Assembly (NCBI GenBank): GCA_022749815.1
Contig: JAKIWV010000003.1
Coordinates: 158,048-222,047, forward strand
Reading direction: 5' to 3'
Length of the DNA: 64,000 nt
Origin: Thermoplasmata archaeon
GTDB taxonomy: Archaea; Thermoplasmatota; Thermoplasmata; Lutacidiplasmatales; UBA184
Both the position numbers and the translations under genes were made by a program. Each line of letters starts with the position of its first letter. The stretch's first letter is position 1. Under the pieces are notes generated by a model. That model did not search any database, was not told the DNA's origin, and saw only the letters and a list, made by a program, of their open reading frames with translations. Of the stretch, positions 37,687 through 46,541 are shown one piece after another.

Positions 37687-38592
37687 CTAGATCGGTTCGA
37701 CTGGCCGTTGGGCCCTCGCGAATTCCGGTAGCACGAGCAGAAGAACAGCCAGCCCCACGGCAAAGGCCGCGAGCGCGACCGCCGTGAGCGCTTCGTTGAT
37801 CACGTCAATGCCGAGGAGAGGAAGCGCGAACGGGGCCGCCATGGCCGACGCCCCTCCGACGACGACGAGCGGGATCCGGTCCCGGCGAGCCCCCAGCACC
37901 CCCAGGCCGGTCACGAGGGCGGAGATCCAGAGCAGCCCCGTGCCGGACCAGAGGCCCGCCACGAACGCCTCGAGGTCGGGGAAGGCCGTCGTATCGATGA
38001 TGTTCACGCTCGACCCGTTGGCCGGGCTGAGCGAGAGTTGGAGTTGGTTGGGGTTCCCGGTCACGCTCGAGTACACGGGCGAAAAGAACAGCTGCATCTC
38101 CAGGATAGAGTAATTCATCGCCCCGGCCCGGATCAGCACGCCGCCGTACGGTACCCCCGAAATGGTGAACGCCCCCGCGGGAACCGTCAGATTGACGACG
38201 AATCCGTTCTCCCCTTGGATGCTGACCCAGGCACCGGGCGCGCCCGACGGAGCGATCGTGCCCCCCACCCGCAAGGTTCCCGGTCGGAGCGCATCACTCC
38301 CGAGCCACGCGAAGACGCCGCCGAGGGTGCCCAGCAGCAAGGTCACGGCGAGGAGGAGGGCAACGATCGCCGGTCGACGCCAGGGGCTCGGCGCGTGAGG
38401 GAGCGGGGTCGGGGGATATAGGCCCGAGTAGACTTCCCAGCTGAACAAGGGGGCCGGCTCTCGGGGAGCGACGAACGGGAGCACGGAAGCACAGTGGGGG
38501 CAGCGCGTGTAGGAGGTGACCTGAGGATAGGGCGTAAACGCCGTCAGTCGCATGCCGCACCTCGGGCATCTCAGGTCGACCGGCGTCGCCAT
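37687..38592 (-). CDS. zinc-ribbon membrane protein with Ser/Thr/Gly-rich beta-rich ectodomain
   Basis: N-terminal CPRCG...CPHC ribbon, a TM helix, a low-complexity beta-type domain, and C-terminal multi-TM block. Confidence 0.5.
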   Translation of the reverse strand: MATPVDLRCPRCGMRLTAFTPYPQVTSYTRCPHCASVLPFVAPREPAPLFSWEVYSGLYPPTPLPHAPSPWRRPAIVALLLAVTLLLGTLGGVFAWLGSDALRPGTLRVGGTIAPSGAPGAWVSIQGENGFVVNLTVPAGAFTISGVPYGGVLIRAGAMNYSILEMQLFFSPVYSSVTGNPNQLQLSLSPANGSSVNIIDTTAFPDLEAFVAGLWSGTGLLWISALVTGLGVLGARRDRIPLVVVGGASAMAAPFALPLLGIDVINEALTAVALAAFAVGLAVLLLVLPEFARAQRPVEPI

Positions 38593-39243
38593 TCGGCGTC
38601 TCCACGCGGCCGAGGGTCTAAAGTCTTCACCCGGGCGCTCGCCAAGCCGCACCTCCGGGTCATCGGCCTCGACGACGGACCCTTCGTCCGCTCCTCCCGT
38701 CGGGCCGCGCTCGTTGGAGTGGTCTTCTCGACGCCCAACTACGTCGAGGGCATCCTCCGAACGTCGGTCGCGATCGATGGGACCGATGCAACGGAGCGGA
38801 TCCTTGCCCTCTTGGGTACGTCCCCATTCCTCGATGGGGTTCGCGCGGTGATCCTGGACGGGATCGCGGTCGGCGGCTTCAATCTGATCGACCTCGACCG
38901 GCTCTACGAGGGGCTGCAGCGGCCCATTGTTACGGTCACCCGCCGGTCGCCGGATTTCCCCGCGATCCGAACCGCGCTCCGAAAGTACTTTCCCCGGGAC
39001 GCCCCGGCGCGTTGGCGGCTCGTCCGGGCCCACGCGCTGTTTCGACTACCGACTTCCCAGGGAAACCCACTTCGTGTCAGCGCCGTGGGCTGTACTCGGG
39101 CGCAGGCGGCGGCCATCGTGCGGCGGACGACCATGCGAGGGAACCTCCCCGAGCCGCTCCGGTTGGCCCGGCTCATCGCCCGGGCCCTGGGCGGGCCGGA
39201 CGGGGCCGCTCGTCCGGCGCCCCGACCCGCCCCGAAGGATTAA
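38494..39243 (+). CDS. DUF99/UPF0215 family protein (endonuclease V-like fold); start uncertain
   Basis: LRVIGLDDGPF...VGVVF...VAIDGTDAT...VILDGIAVGGFNLID; no canonical start near the conserved core, so the ORF-track start was kept. Confidence 0.55.
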   Translation: MGAARVGGDLRIGRKRRQSHAAPRASQVDRRRHSASPRGRGSKVFTRALAKPHLRVIGLDDGPFVRSSRRAALVGVVFSTPNYVEGILRTSVAIDGTDATERILALLGTSPFLDGVRAVILDGIAVGGFNLIDLDRLYEGLQRPIVTVTRRSPDFPAIRTALRKYFPRDAPARWRLVRAHALFRLPTSQGNPLRVSAVGCTRAQAAAIVRRTTMRGNLPEPLRLARLIARALGGPDGAARPAPRPAPKD

Positions 39244-39267
39244 GGGCCCCGCGGAGAATGCGCGGGC

Positions 39268-39377
39268 GGGCCTGTAGCTTAGCCGGGACAAAGCACTGGC
39301 CTTCTAAGCCAGCGAACTCGGGTTCAAAGGTCGGGGGGAAGTGACCTTCCCCCCGACGGAAACTCCCGACAGGCCCG
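39268..39377 (+). tRNA. tRNA-Arg (anticodon TCT) with ~35-nt intron inserted in the T-loop (non-canonical position ~59/60)
   Basis: Acceptor GGGCCTG/CAGGCCC, U8A9, D-arm GCTT-AGCCGGGACA-AAGC, anticodon arm CTGGC-CTTCTAA-GCCAG, V-loop CGAAC, T-stem TCGGG...CCCGA with T-loop TTCAAAG interrupted by a 12-bp GC hairpin plus GGAAACT. Confidence 0.55.
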
Positions 39378-39385
39378 CCCGACCT

Positions 39386-40459
39386 TCAGGTCGAGCCGGC
39401 GCTCCCGACGAGCGCGGTGCATTTCGCGCAGAGAATCCCCCGGGGGCCGGGTGGAATCAGATCCCCGCACAGCGGACACGTCGCCCGAGCATCCGCCGCG
39501 GCGAGGAGCTCCGCGACGCTCGTACGGAGCAACGGGTTCGCCGGCTGCCCCGTCGGCGTCCGCTCGGTCCGGGGGCGATCCGGCGCCGGAACGACCGCTT
39601 CCAGGTTGGGGCGATACTGTCCGCTCGGCCGGTCCACGGTGACGAGCCCCCGGTCCCTCAGAGTTTCGAGGCTCGAGGTCGCGCGCTCGCGCACCCCGCC
39701 GAACAGCGGCGCCAGGTCGATGGCCGAGACGCCCCGGGTCTCGAACACCACTTCGAGGGCGCGGGCGTTTGGCAAGGAGACCTCCCCCCTGGCGACGTAT
39801 CGATCGACGGCGTGGGCAATCCGCGACGAGCGGCGAACGTGCGCCACGCCGCGGAGGCGGCCGTGTCGAAGGTCAGGGAGCAGACCGTTGTCGATGAGGT
39901 CGAGCTCGAAGCGGATCCGTTCCTCGGCGAGATACAACAGCACCGCGGTGGAAAACGGGACGACCCCGGTCTGTCGCACGAACTGGGCCCACATCGAGAG
40001 CGTGAACAGGTCGGCCCGGGGCGCGGCCGCCGGGACGCCACGGGTGGCTTCGCCGTCCTGGATCGCCGACCGGGGCAAGTACGTCTCGCGGAGGAGCAGC
40101 CGGGCCACGCCCCGCACGGGAGTCGCGCGGGAGCCCAGCGGGAGGATCGTCGCCGCGCCCTCCTTCTCTAGGGTCAGCGACCGGGCCGGCCGGAGAAACT
40201 CCCAGGCGGGGTCGGTCTCCGACGCCTCGGGGAACTCGAGCGTCAGCTGGGCGAAAGGGGTCGGCGTCAGGATGGCGTGCAGGAGCGATGGGTAGGCCGT
40301 CCCGTCGACCTGCGCCACGAACGGGGTCAGCTTCTCGCGCCGCCGGGCCCGGTACTCTTCGAGGGCCCGGTCCAGCGCGCGCTCGGAGTACTTGTCGTGG
40401 AGCTCGACCGCTCCCCGACTGGCGATGGCGTGCAGTTCATCCCGCGAGGCGCCCGTCAC
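39386..40459 (-). CDS. hypothetical protein with winged-helix segment and C-terminal zinc ribbon
   Basis: 357 aa; ...LETLRDRGLVTVDRPSGQYRPN... and C-terminal CPLCG...CAKC; no family recognised. Confidence 0.4.
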   Translation of the reverse strand: MTGASRDELHAIASRGAVELHDKYSERALDRALEEYRARRREKLTPFVAQVDGTAYPSLLHAILTPTPFAQLTLEFPEASETDPAWEFLRPARSLTLEKEGAATILPLGSRATPVRGVARLLLRETYLPRSAIQDGEATRGVPAAAPRADLFTLSMWAQFVRQTGVVPFSTAVLLYLAEERIRFELDLIDNGLLPDLRHGRLRGVAHVRRSSRIAHAVDRYVARGEVSLPNARALEVVFETRGVSAIDLAPLFGGVRERATSSLETLRDRGLVTVDRPSGQYRPNLEAVVPAPDRPRTERTPTGQPANPLLRTSVAELLAAADARATCPLCGDLIPPGPRGILCAKCTALVGSAGST

Positions 40460-41642
40460 GTGGCCTCCGTTCCGCGAGGAGCATCTCGTAGAGGCCCATA
40501 AACCGGGTGGCGGTCCGCTCGATGGAGGCTTCTCGACGCACGTAGTCGATCGCGGCGTGGCGCAGCCGGTCGCGTTCGGTGGTCCCCGCGAGAAGCTCCG
40601 AGATGGCGCCGGACAGGGCGCCCTCGCGATCCGCGGGCACGATTCTCCCGGTGACCCGGTCCTGGATCAGCTCCGCCGGGCCCCCGACATCCAGGGCGAC
40701 GCACGCACAGCCACAGGCCATCGCCTCGAGCAGCGCAAGCGAAGAGGTGTCCGAGGTGGACGGGAGCACGAACAGTTCGGATTGAGACAAGAGGGAGGCC
40801 TTCTCTTCCTCGGCGACGGGTCCGACGTACCGCACGCGGCCCGCCAGCCGGGGGTCGGTGCGGAGCCGCTCCCGGACCCGCGCTTCTTCCGGGCCGGCCC
40901 CGGCGATGAGACCGGCAAAATCCTCGCGTCCACTGAGGTCGACGAGGGCGTCGAGGAATCGGTGCACCCCCTTGTCGATCGTGAGACGTCCGAGGTACGT
41001 CACGAGCGGGACGCCGGGCAGCCCGCACCGCTCCCGCCAGTCCGGCACCTGGAGACCCGGGTGGAACCGGTCCACTTCGATGCCGTTCGGAACGACCTCG
41101 ACGGGCCGGCGGAACGTCTTGCGGCTGTGGTCGACGACCCACTGCCGCGCCGGTATCGACGGGACCGTCGTCATGTCGCATCGGTAGTACGCCCCGAGGG
41201 CGTACCACGAGGCGGCCCGAAAGAAGAGCCGGATGGGCAGGGTCGGCGGGAAGCTCCCTCGCATCTCCCAGACGTTGGTGTGAAACGTGCCGACGAGGGG
41301 TTTCCGGAGATGCCGGGCCGCGAGGAACGCCGTGCTGCCCATGATCCCTGGCGTGTGCAGATGGATCATGTCGAACCGACGGAAGTTGTGCCCCCGAAGC
41401 TGGGCGAACGGGAACAGGCCCCAGCGATACTGGCCGTACAGAGGGACGGGCAGCGACCGGCTGCGAACGATGGTGACGCCGTCGGCTCCCTCCTCGTCCG
41501 TCGGGGGACCTGCGGATGGGCTGGGAGCGAAGACGGTCACCGGGTGGCCCAGACCGGTCAGCTCCCGCGCGAGCGCGCTCGTGACCGTCGCCACGCCGTC
41601 GCGGGTCGGAAGATAACTGTCCGTGAAGAACGCGACCTCCAT
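40437..41642 (-). CDS. family 4 glycosyltransferase (GT-B, glycosyl transferase group 1)
   Basis: N-terminal MEVAFFTDSYLPTRDGVA and C-terminal E...LEAMACGCACVA motif of GT4 enzymes. Confidence 0.75.
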   Translation of the reverse strand: MEVAFFTDSYLPTRDGVATVTSALARELTGLGHPVTVFAPSPSAGPPTDEEGADGVTIVRSRSLPVPLYGQYRWGLFPFAQLRGHNFRRFDMIHLHTPGIMGSTAFLAARHLRKPLVGTFHTNVWEMRGSFPPTLPIRLFFRAASWYALGAYYRCDMTTVPSIPARQWVVDHSRKTFRRPVEVVPNGIEVDRFHPGLQVPDWRERCGLPGVPLVTYLGRLTIDKGVHRFLDALVDLSGREDFAGLIAGAGPEEARVRERLRTDPRLAGRVRYVGPVAEEEKASLLSQSELFVLPSTSDTSSLALLEAMACGCACVALDVGGPAELIQDRVTGRIVPADREGALSGAISELLAGTTERDRLRHAAIDYVRREASIERTATRFMGLYEMLLAERRPRDGRLAG

Positions 41643-41667
41643 GCGACCCCTCCCTGGGCGACCGGCG

Positions 41668-42435
41668 TCAGCTCACGATATTAAACGAGCGCTGGAGTCG
41701 GCGAAGGTCTCGTTCCTCGAGAGTCCCGGGGTCGACCGACGCGACGAACGCCGAGCCGGTCCGCGCCACCTGGGCCGTGACGAAGTTGACGAACTTGAGG
41801 GTCGTGTCGAGGGAATACTCGGTGCTCATCACCTCCACCGCGTCCAAGTAGACGAGGACGCCGCCCAGCGCTTCGGTCGCTTCCTTGATCCGTCCCCCCA
41901 GCCCGCTGGGGTCGAGCTCACCTTCCGAGGCGCCGAGGCCGGGGCTGGGGAGAGCCAGCCGAAGTACTTCGACACGACTTCGGGGCACGCCGGCAAACTC
42001 CGGGGGGTTGGTGGTCACGCATAGGATGCGGGCGTATTCCCCCCCCGAGCGGCCCACGAAAGCGAGGGCGTGCCGGGGCCGGTCCTCGCGGAACAGGTAG
42101 CTGCCCCCACGGGCGAGACGAGGCATCGTCTCCGGTTCCGGCCGATTGGTCGCCGGCGGTCGAAGCAGCGCGCCCCAGGCGGGGCGTCGGGGGGGGCCGA
42201 GCAGGTTCCGGCGCTTCCCGGAGACGTCCTCCCGGATTCGGGCGAGCCGGCTCTCCACGAGCACACGGATCTCCCCGACCGTGTGGCCTCGGCCGACGTG
42301 CGAGAGCACCTCACGGAACGCCTCGCGCAGTCCCTCGCCGTATCCTTCGGAATAGGCATCGGCGTATTGTTCGTCGGGCGGGGCCGCGTCGCCGGCAGAC
42401 GATGCCGACGACGGCTCCGGGGCGGGCTCTGTCAC
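41668..42435 (-). CDS. DUF835 domain protein (KaiC/RecA-like-fold archaeal domain)
   Basis: C-terminal ...ILCVTTNPPE...GGVLVYLDAVEVMSTEYSLDTTLKFVNFV...ASVDPGTLEERDLRRL resembles DUF835; GTG start overlaps the DUF35 stop (GTGA). Confidence 0.5.
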   Translation of the reverse strand: MTEPAPEPSSASSAGDAAPPDEQYADAYSEGYGEGLREAFREVLSHVGRGHTVGEIRVLVESRLARIREDVSGKRRNLLGPPRRPAWGALLRPPATNRPEPETMPRLARGGSYLFREDRPRHALAFVGRSGGEYARILCVTTNPPEFAGVPRSRVEVLRLALPSPGLGASEGELDPSGLGGRIKEATEALGGVLVYLDAVEVMSTEYSLDTTLKFVNFVTAQVARTGSAFVASVDPGTLEERDLRRLQRSFNIVS

Positions 42436-42926
42436 GCTCGGGCGCGCGAGGGCTCCGGGGCATGGGACGCGGCCGGAGCCTGTTCGGACCCTCGACCCGG
42501 TCTCGGAGCCATCGCGGCTTCCTCCTTGGGGGCAAACTTGTATCCGTAGTGGATGACCCCGGCCGGACCTTCCTCCCGAAGCTTCCGGAACGTCGCGCGA
42601 ACCTTGAGCCCGATCTGCAGGTCCTCGGGCCGGAGATTCACGACCTGGCCGGTAAGAAGGGGTCCCTCCACGGTTTGGACGATCGCCAGGGCGTAGGGCA
42701 CCAGCATTTCGAACCCGTTGGCCGCCTCGTGGACGACGGTGAAGGTCACGACCTCGCCGTCGCCCGACAGCTGGAACGGTTCCATCTTTCCGAGCGATTG
42801 GCGATGGGTCGTGCAGGTCGGGCAGACGCTCCGGGGCGGGAAGTAGACGGTCGTGCAGACCGTGCACCGGGAGCCGCCCAGGTTGTATCGGCGCGGAGTC
42901 TCTCGCCAGAAACGTGCGATCGCCAT
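42432..42926 (-). CDS. DUF35 zinc-ribbon/OB-fold protein (scaffold of archaeal thiolase-HMGCS complex)
   Basis: CTVCTTVYFPPRSVCPTCTT rubredoxin-like ribbon followed by an OB fold. Confidence 0.7.
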   Translation of the reverse strand: MAIARFWRETPRRYNLGGSRCTVCTTVYFPPRSVCPTCTTHRQSLGKMEPFQLSGDGEVVTFTVVHEAANGFEMLVPYALAIVQTVEGPLLTGQVVNLRPEDLQIGLKVRATFRKLREEGPAGVIHYGYKFAPKEEAAMAPRPGRGSEQAPAASHAPEPSRARA

Positions 42927-42936
42927 GGTTCCTCCG

Positions 42937-44106
42937 TCAGTTCACCCTCTCCACGATCGTGACGACGCTCGTCGCACCCGTCCCACCGACGCTATGGGCC
43001 AGCCCCACTTGCGCGCCAGCGACCTGCCGGTCCTTCGCGTCGCCCCGCAGCTGCCGGACAAGTTCGACGACCTGGGCGACTCCGACGGCCCCGAAGGGCC
43101 GCCCCTGGGCCTTGAGGCCGCCCGAGGTGTTGATCTGCGTCGTTCCCTTCCCGAAGAACCGCCCGTCGCGCATCGCGAGACCGGCCTCTCCCTTGGCCAC
43201 GAAGCCTAGATCCTCGAGCGCGACCAGACCTCCGATCGAGTAGGCGTCGTCGATCTCTGCGACCTGCACGTCGGTGGGCTTGTGCCGCGCCTGGGAGAAG
43301 GCGCGAGTGCCGGCCACCGCGGTCGAGTCGAGCGTCGTGAGGTCTCGGCGATGATGGAGGGCCATCGTGTCGCACGCGACCTGGCTCGCCGCGATCTTCA
43401 CCGGAGTGTCCGTGTACTTGCGCGCGCTCTCGAGCGGTCCCAGCAGGACGGCCGCCGCGCCGTCCGATAGCGGCGCACAATCCAGGAGACCGAGCGGGTC
43501 GGCGACGATGCCGGAGTTGATCACTTGTTCGAGGCTGACCTTGTTCCGGAAATGCGCGAGCGGATTCTTGGAGGCCATCAAGTGGTCGTGCACGGGTAAC
43601 GCCGCCAGATCTTCTCGACGGGTACCGTACTCGTGCATGTGCTTCCGGGCGATCATCGCCCAGAGCGCCGGCAGCGTCGCGCCGAAGACGAGCTCCCATT
43701 CCGTATCGGCCGTCGCATCGACGATCCGGCTCGCTTCGGTGTCCGAGACATCGGTCATCTTCTCCGCGCCGCCGACGACGACGAAATCGTACGCCCCGCT
43801 CGCGACCGCCAAGTACCCTTCGTGGAGGGCCATCGCTCCGGACGCGCCGCCCGCCTCCACCCGGATCGCCGGGAGGTGGTGGCTCGCGAGGCCCGCGTAG
43901 TCCAAGATGAGCGGCGCGATGTGCTCCTGCTCAAGGAACGCGCCGCTCGCCATGTTGCCAAGATACAGCGCCCCGAGGTCGCGGGAGGAGAGCTTCCCAT
44001 CGACGAGAGCCTGAAAGCCGGCTTCGATGCCGATCTCCCGGAACGAGCGGTCCCACAGCTCGCCAAACTTGGTCATGCCGATGCCGAGGATCGCGACGTC
44101 GCGCAC
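42937..44106 (-). CDS. archaeal-type acetoacetyl-CoA thiolase (SCP-x-like)
   Basis: MRDVAILGIGMTKFGE...; thiolase-like fold with catalytic Cys (IDDAYSIGG...). Confidence 0.8.
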   Translation of the reverse strand: MRDVAILGIGMTKFGELWDRSFREIGIEAGFQALVDGKLSSRDLGALYLGNMASGAFLEQEHIAPLILDYAGLASHHLPAIRVEAGGASGAMALHEGYLAVASGAYDFVVVGGAEKMTDVSDTEASRIVDATADTEWELVFGATLPALWAMIARKHMHEYGTRREDLAALPVHDHLMASKNPLAHFRNKVSLEQVINSGIVADPLGLLDCAPLSDGAAAVLLGPLESARKYTDTPVKIAASQVACDTMALHHRRDLTTLDSTAVAGTRAFSQARHKPTDVQVAEIDDAYSIGGLVALEDLGFVAKGEAGLAMRDGRFFGKGTTQINTSGGLKAQGRPFGAVGVAQVVELVRQLRGDAKDRQVAGAQVGLAHSVGGTGATSVVTIVERVN

Positions 44107-44108
44107 CG

Positions 44109-45161
44109 TCAGGCCTCCCCCATATGGATCTTGCCCCGGAACTTCGCGTAGACCGAATACGAAAGTTCGACGCCGCTGTCCAGGAAGTATTGCACCGGCA
44201 GGCCGGAGGATCGGTCGTAGGTCCCGAGCTCTTCCGTAACCGTCAGGTCGAAGGCATCCGAACCGGCGCCCGAGCCGTACCCGACGACGAGGATCCGCTC
44301 GCCGGCCTCCCCGTGGTCGAGGACGTTGGCCAGCCCGATGAGAGCCGCCGCGGAGTACGTGTTACCGATCCGGGGGGTGACCATTCCGTATTTCATCTGC
44401 TCGTCCGAGAACCCGAGTTGGGTCCCGATCCGCCGGGGGAACTTGCCGTTCGGTTGGTGGAACACCACATGCTGGTAGTCCTTGGTCGTCGTGCCGGCCG
44501 TCTTGAACATCTGCTTCGCGCATTCCCCCACGTGACGGAAGTACGCCGGTTCGCCGGTGAACCGGCCCCCGTGGCTCGGGTAGCGCTGACCTTCCCGGCG
44601 CCAGAAATCCGGCGTGTCCGTAGTATACGAGACGGTCTGGTTGATCGTCGCGATGACCTTGTCGCGGCCGATGACGAGGGCCGCGCCCCCCGCGCTGGCG
44701 GAGTACTCGAGCGCGTCGCCCGGGGCCCCCTGAGAAGTATCGGTGCCGATCGCCACGCCATACTTGACCATCCCAGAACGAACCAGGCCGAGGCAGGTCT
44801 GGATCGCCGCCGTGCCCGCCTTGCAGGCGAACTCGAAATCGGCGGCGGTCAGGTTCGGAGTCGCTCCCACCGCGTGAGCCACGATTGTTGCCGTGGGCTT
44901 CACGGCGTACGGGTGGGATTCGCTTCCGACGTACAGGGCTCCGATCTCCTGAGGGTCAATCTTTCCGCGGAGGAGGGCGACCCGGAGCGCCTCGGTACTG
45001 ATCGTGATGGTGTCCTCGTCGGGCGCGGGGACGCTCTTGCGCTCGATGTTCAGCCCTTGCCCCATCGCGACGCCGTCCACCCCCCACACCTGGCCAATCT
45101 CGGCGGGCGTGATGCGGTAGCGGGGGACGTAGACTCCGTAGCTGACGATGCCTGCTTCCAT
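44109..45161 (-). CDS. hydroxymethylglutaryl-CoA synthase
   Basis: [14 protein letters not shown]...[10 protein letters not shown] (active Cys)...HQPNGKFP. Confidence 0.85.
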   Translation of the reverse strand: MEAGIVSYGVYVPRYRITPAEIGQVWGVDGVAMGQGLNIERKSVPAPDEDTITISTEALRVALLRGKIDPQEIGALYVGSESHPYAVKPTATIVAHAVGATPNLTAADFEFACKAGTAAIQTCLGLVRSGMVKYGVAIGTDTSQGAPGDALEYSASAGGAALVIGRDKVIATINQTVSYTTDTPDFWRREGQRYPSHGGRFTGEPAYFRHVGECAKQMFKTAGTTTKDYQHVVFHQPNGKFPRRIGTQLGFSDEQMKYGMVTPRIGNTYSAAALIGLANVLDHGEAGERILVVGYGSGAGSDAFDLTVTEELGTYDRSSGLPVQYFLDSGVELSYSVYAKFRGKIHMGEA

Positions 45162-45177
45162 ATCGTGTACCTTCAGA

Positions 45178-45855
45178 TCACAACTCTTCGAGGCGGCGTA
45201 GGACGTCGCCGGGGCCGAGCGAGGTGGCCAGCAACGGGATGTTCTCCACCTCGCTCAAACGGATGGCGAGGGGGTCGATCCGGCCGGGATTCGAAAAGAT
45301 GACCGCGGCCGGCTTGAGGGGATGGGCGCGCACGGCGACCATGGGGGATCGGCCGTACTTGACGTTGGAGAAGATCAATGCCCGTTGGGTGGTCCATCCG
45401 TAGACCTCGACGAATCGCGATGCATCCATCGACAGGATCGCTCGCGGGGCGTCGAGCAAGGTGTACCCGTGGATATCGCGGAGCAGGTCGACGCTGCTCG
45501 CGGGCTTGGCTTCGAGAAGGTCGGCGACCGACTTGAGGGGGATCGCCACGGCGAACTCGCGCATCCCCAAGATCCCCTCGGTGTGGGGTCGGCTCCCCAG
45601 ACGTTGGGCGATGCGCCGGCCGTTTCGCACATCGATATCGAGCAGGGCATCGACATAGCGCCGGATGAACGTCGCGCCCGGACTCGCCCGGCGCTCGGAC
45701 TCGTAGTCGGAGATCACCGACGGAACGGTGTCGAGCGTCTTCGAGAGTTCGCGCTGGGAGACCTGGAACCCCTCCCGCCACTTCCGAAGCGTCCGACCAG
45801 GATGCGGGGAGAGGACCACTTCGCCCGCGATCTTTTCGCGTAGCTCCGCCGCCAC
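45178..45855 (-). CDS. HTH (XRE/Cro-C1 type) transcriptional regulator, COG1395-like; start uncertain (GTG)
   Basis: [41 protein letters not shown]_3 motif plus a C-terminal domain of unknown function; the upstream part of the ORF is Ser/Arg junk overlapping a plus-strand gene. Confidence 0.5.
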   Translation of the reverse strand: MAAELREKIAGEVVLSPHPGRTLRKWREGFQVSQRELSKTLDTVPSVISDYESERRASPGATFIRRYVDALLDIDVRNGRRIAQRLGSRPHTEGILGMREFAVAIPLKSVADLLEAKPASSVDLLRDIHGYTLLDAPRAILSMDASRFVEVYGWTTQRALIFSNVKYGRSPMVAVRAHPLKPAAVIFSNPGRIDPLAIRLSEVENIPLLATSLGPGDVLRRLEEL

Positions 45856-46171
45856 GGCCGGCCGACTCCCGAACTCGTATAAGGTCTTGGTCCCCCATGT
45901 CGTCCGAAGGGTTCGACACCCATCGAAATCTCCCCCGAGAACGAACTCGGAAAAGGGAGTGGACCGGGCGAGAACTTCCGGCCCCGGGGGGCGGGCCCCT
46001 GAGCCCTTTGAACTCGCGACCTCTACCTTGCCAAGGTAGCGATCTTCCGCTGATCTACCGGCCCACGGGGGCGGCGGAGGGTCGCTGGAGAATAAGCTAT
46101 TCGCTGACGAGCACGGGACCGGGAGCAGGCAGGAAAATGTTAATGCGGGCGAGGCCCGTCCGCGCCTACCG

Positions 46172-46531
46172 ATGGCCGAGGACACCTCGATGGGCGAGCC
46201 TATCACCACGCTCCTCAAGGGGAGCCGGGATTTGCTGCGTCCCGAGGAGATCGTTCGCGAGGCGATCCGCGACGTGGTGAAGGACGAGATTCGGCACCAC
46301 CTCGAGAAGACGCTCAAGGACGACCCGAAGCTCGCCCACGATCTGCGGGACGGAGTTCGTGCGCTGCTCGAGGCCCGTGCGTTGGAGTACGCCGCGCTCC
46401 TGCGCGTGGGGGCCCTGACGGCCCGCCTCGGTCTGGCCGCCGTTCCCCCCGAGCTCCGGAGCAAGCTCACCAGCGAGGTTGTCGAGCTGTTCAGCCGGGA
46501 ACTGGGTCAGATCGTCGAGAAGTCGCTCTGA
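46172..46531 (+). CDS. hypothetical alpha-helical protein
   Basis: 119 aa, charged helical repeats (EIVREAIRDVVKDEIRHHLEKTLKDDPKLAHDLRDGV...); ends 11 nt before the PAC2 gene. Confidence 0.4.
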   Translation: MAEDTSMGEPITTLLKGSRDLLRPEEIVREAIRDVVKDEIRHHLEKTLKDDPKLAHDLRDGVRALLEARALEYAALLRVGALTARLGLAAVPPELRSKLTSEVVELFSRELGQIVEKSL

Positions 46532-46541
46532 GTTCCTCCCC

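Noticed and set aside
38494-38620. ORF-track start of the DUF99 gene as its real start
   Set aside because: Left open rather than rejected outright. The Arg-rich first ~40 codons overlap the divergent gene's 5' end, but no canonical start lies closer to the conserved core, so the start is unresolved.
39330-39357. Stand-alone intrinsic terminator (GGGGGG...CCCCCC hairpin)
   Set aside because: The hairpin lies inside the tRNA between T-stem halves and has no T-tract, so it is better explained as intron structure.
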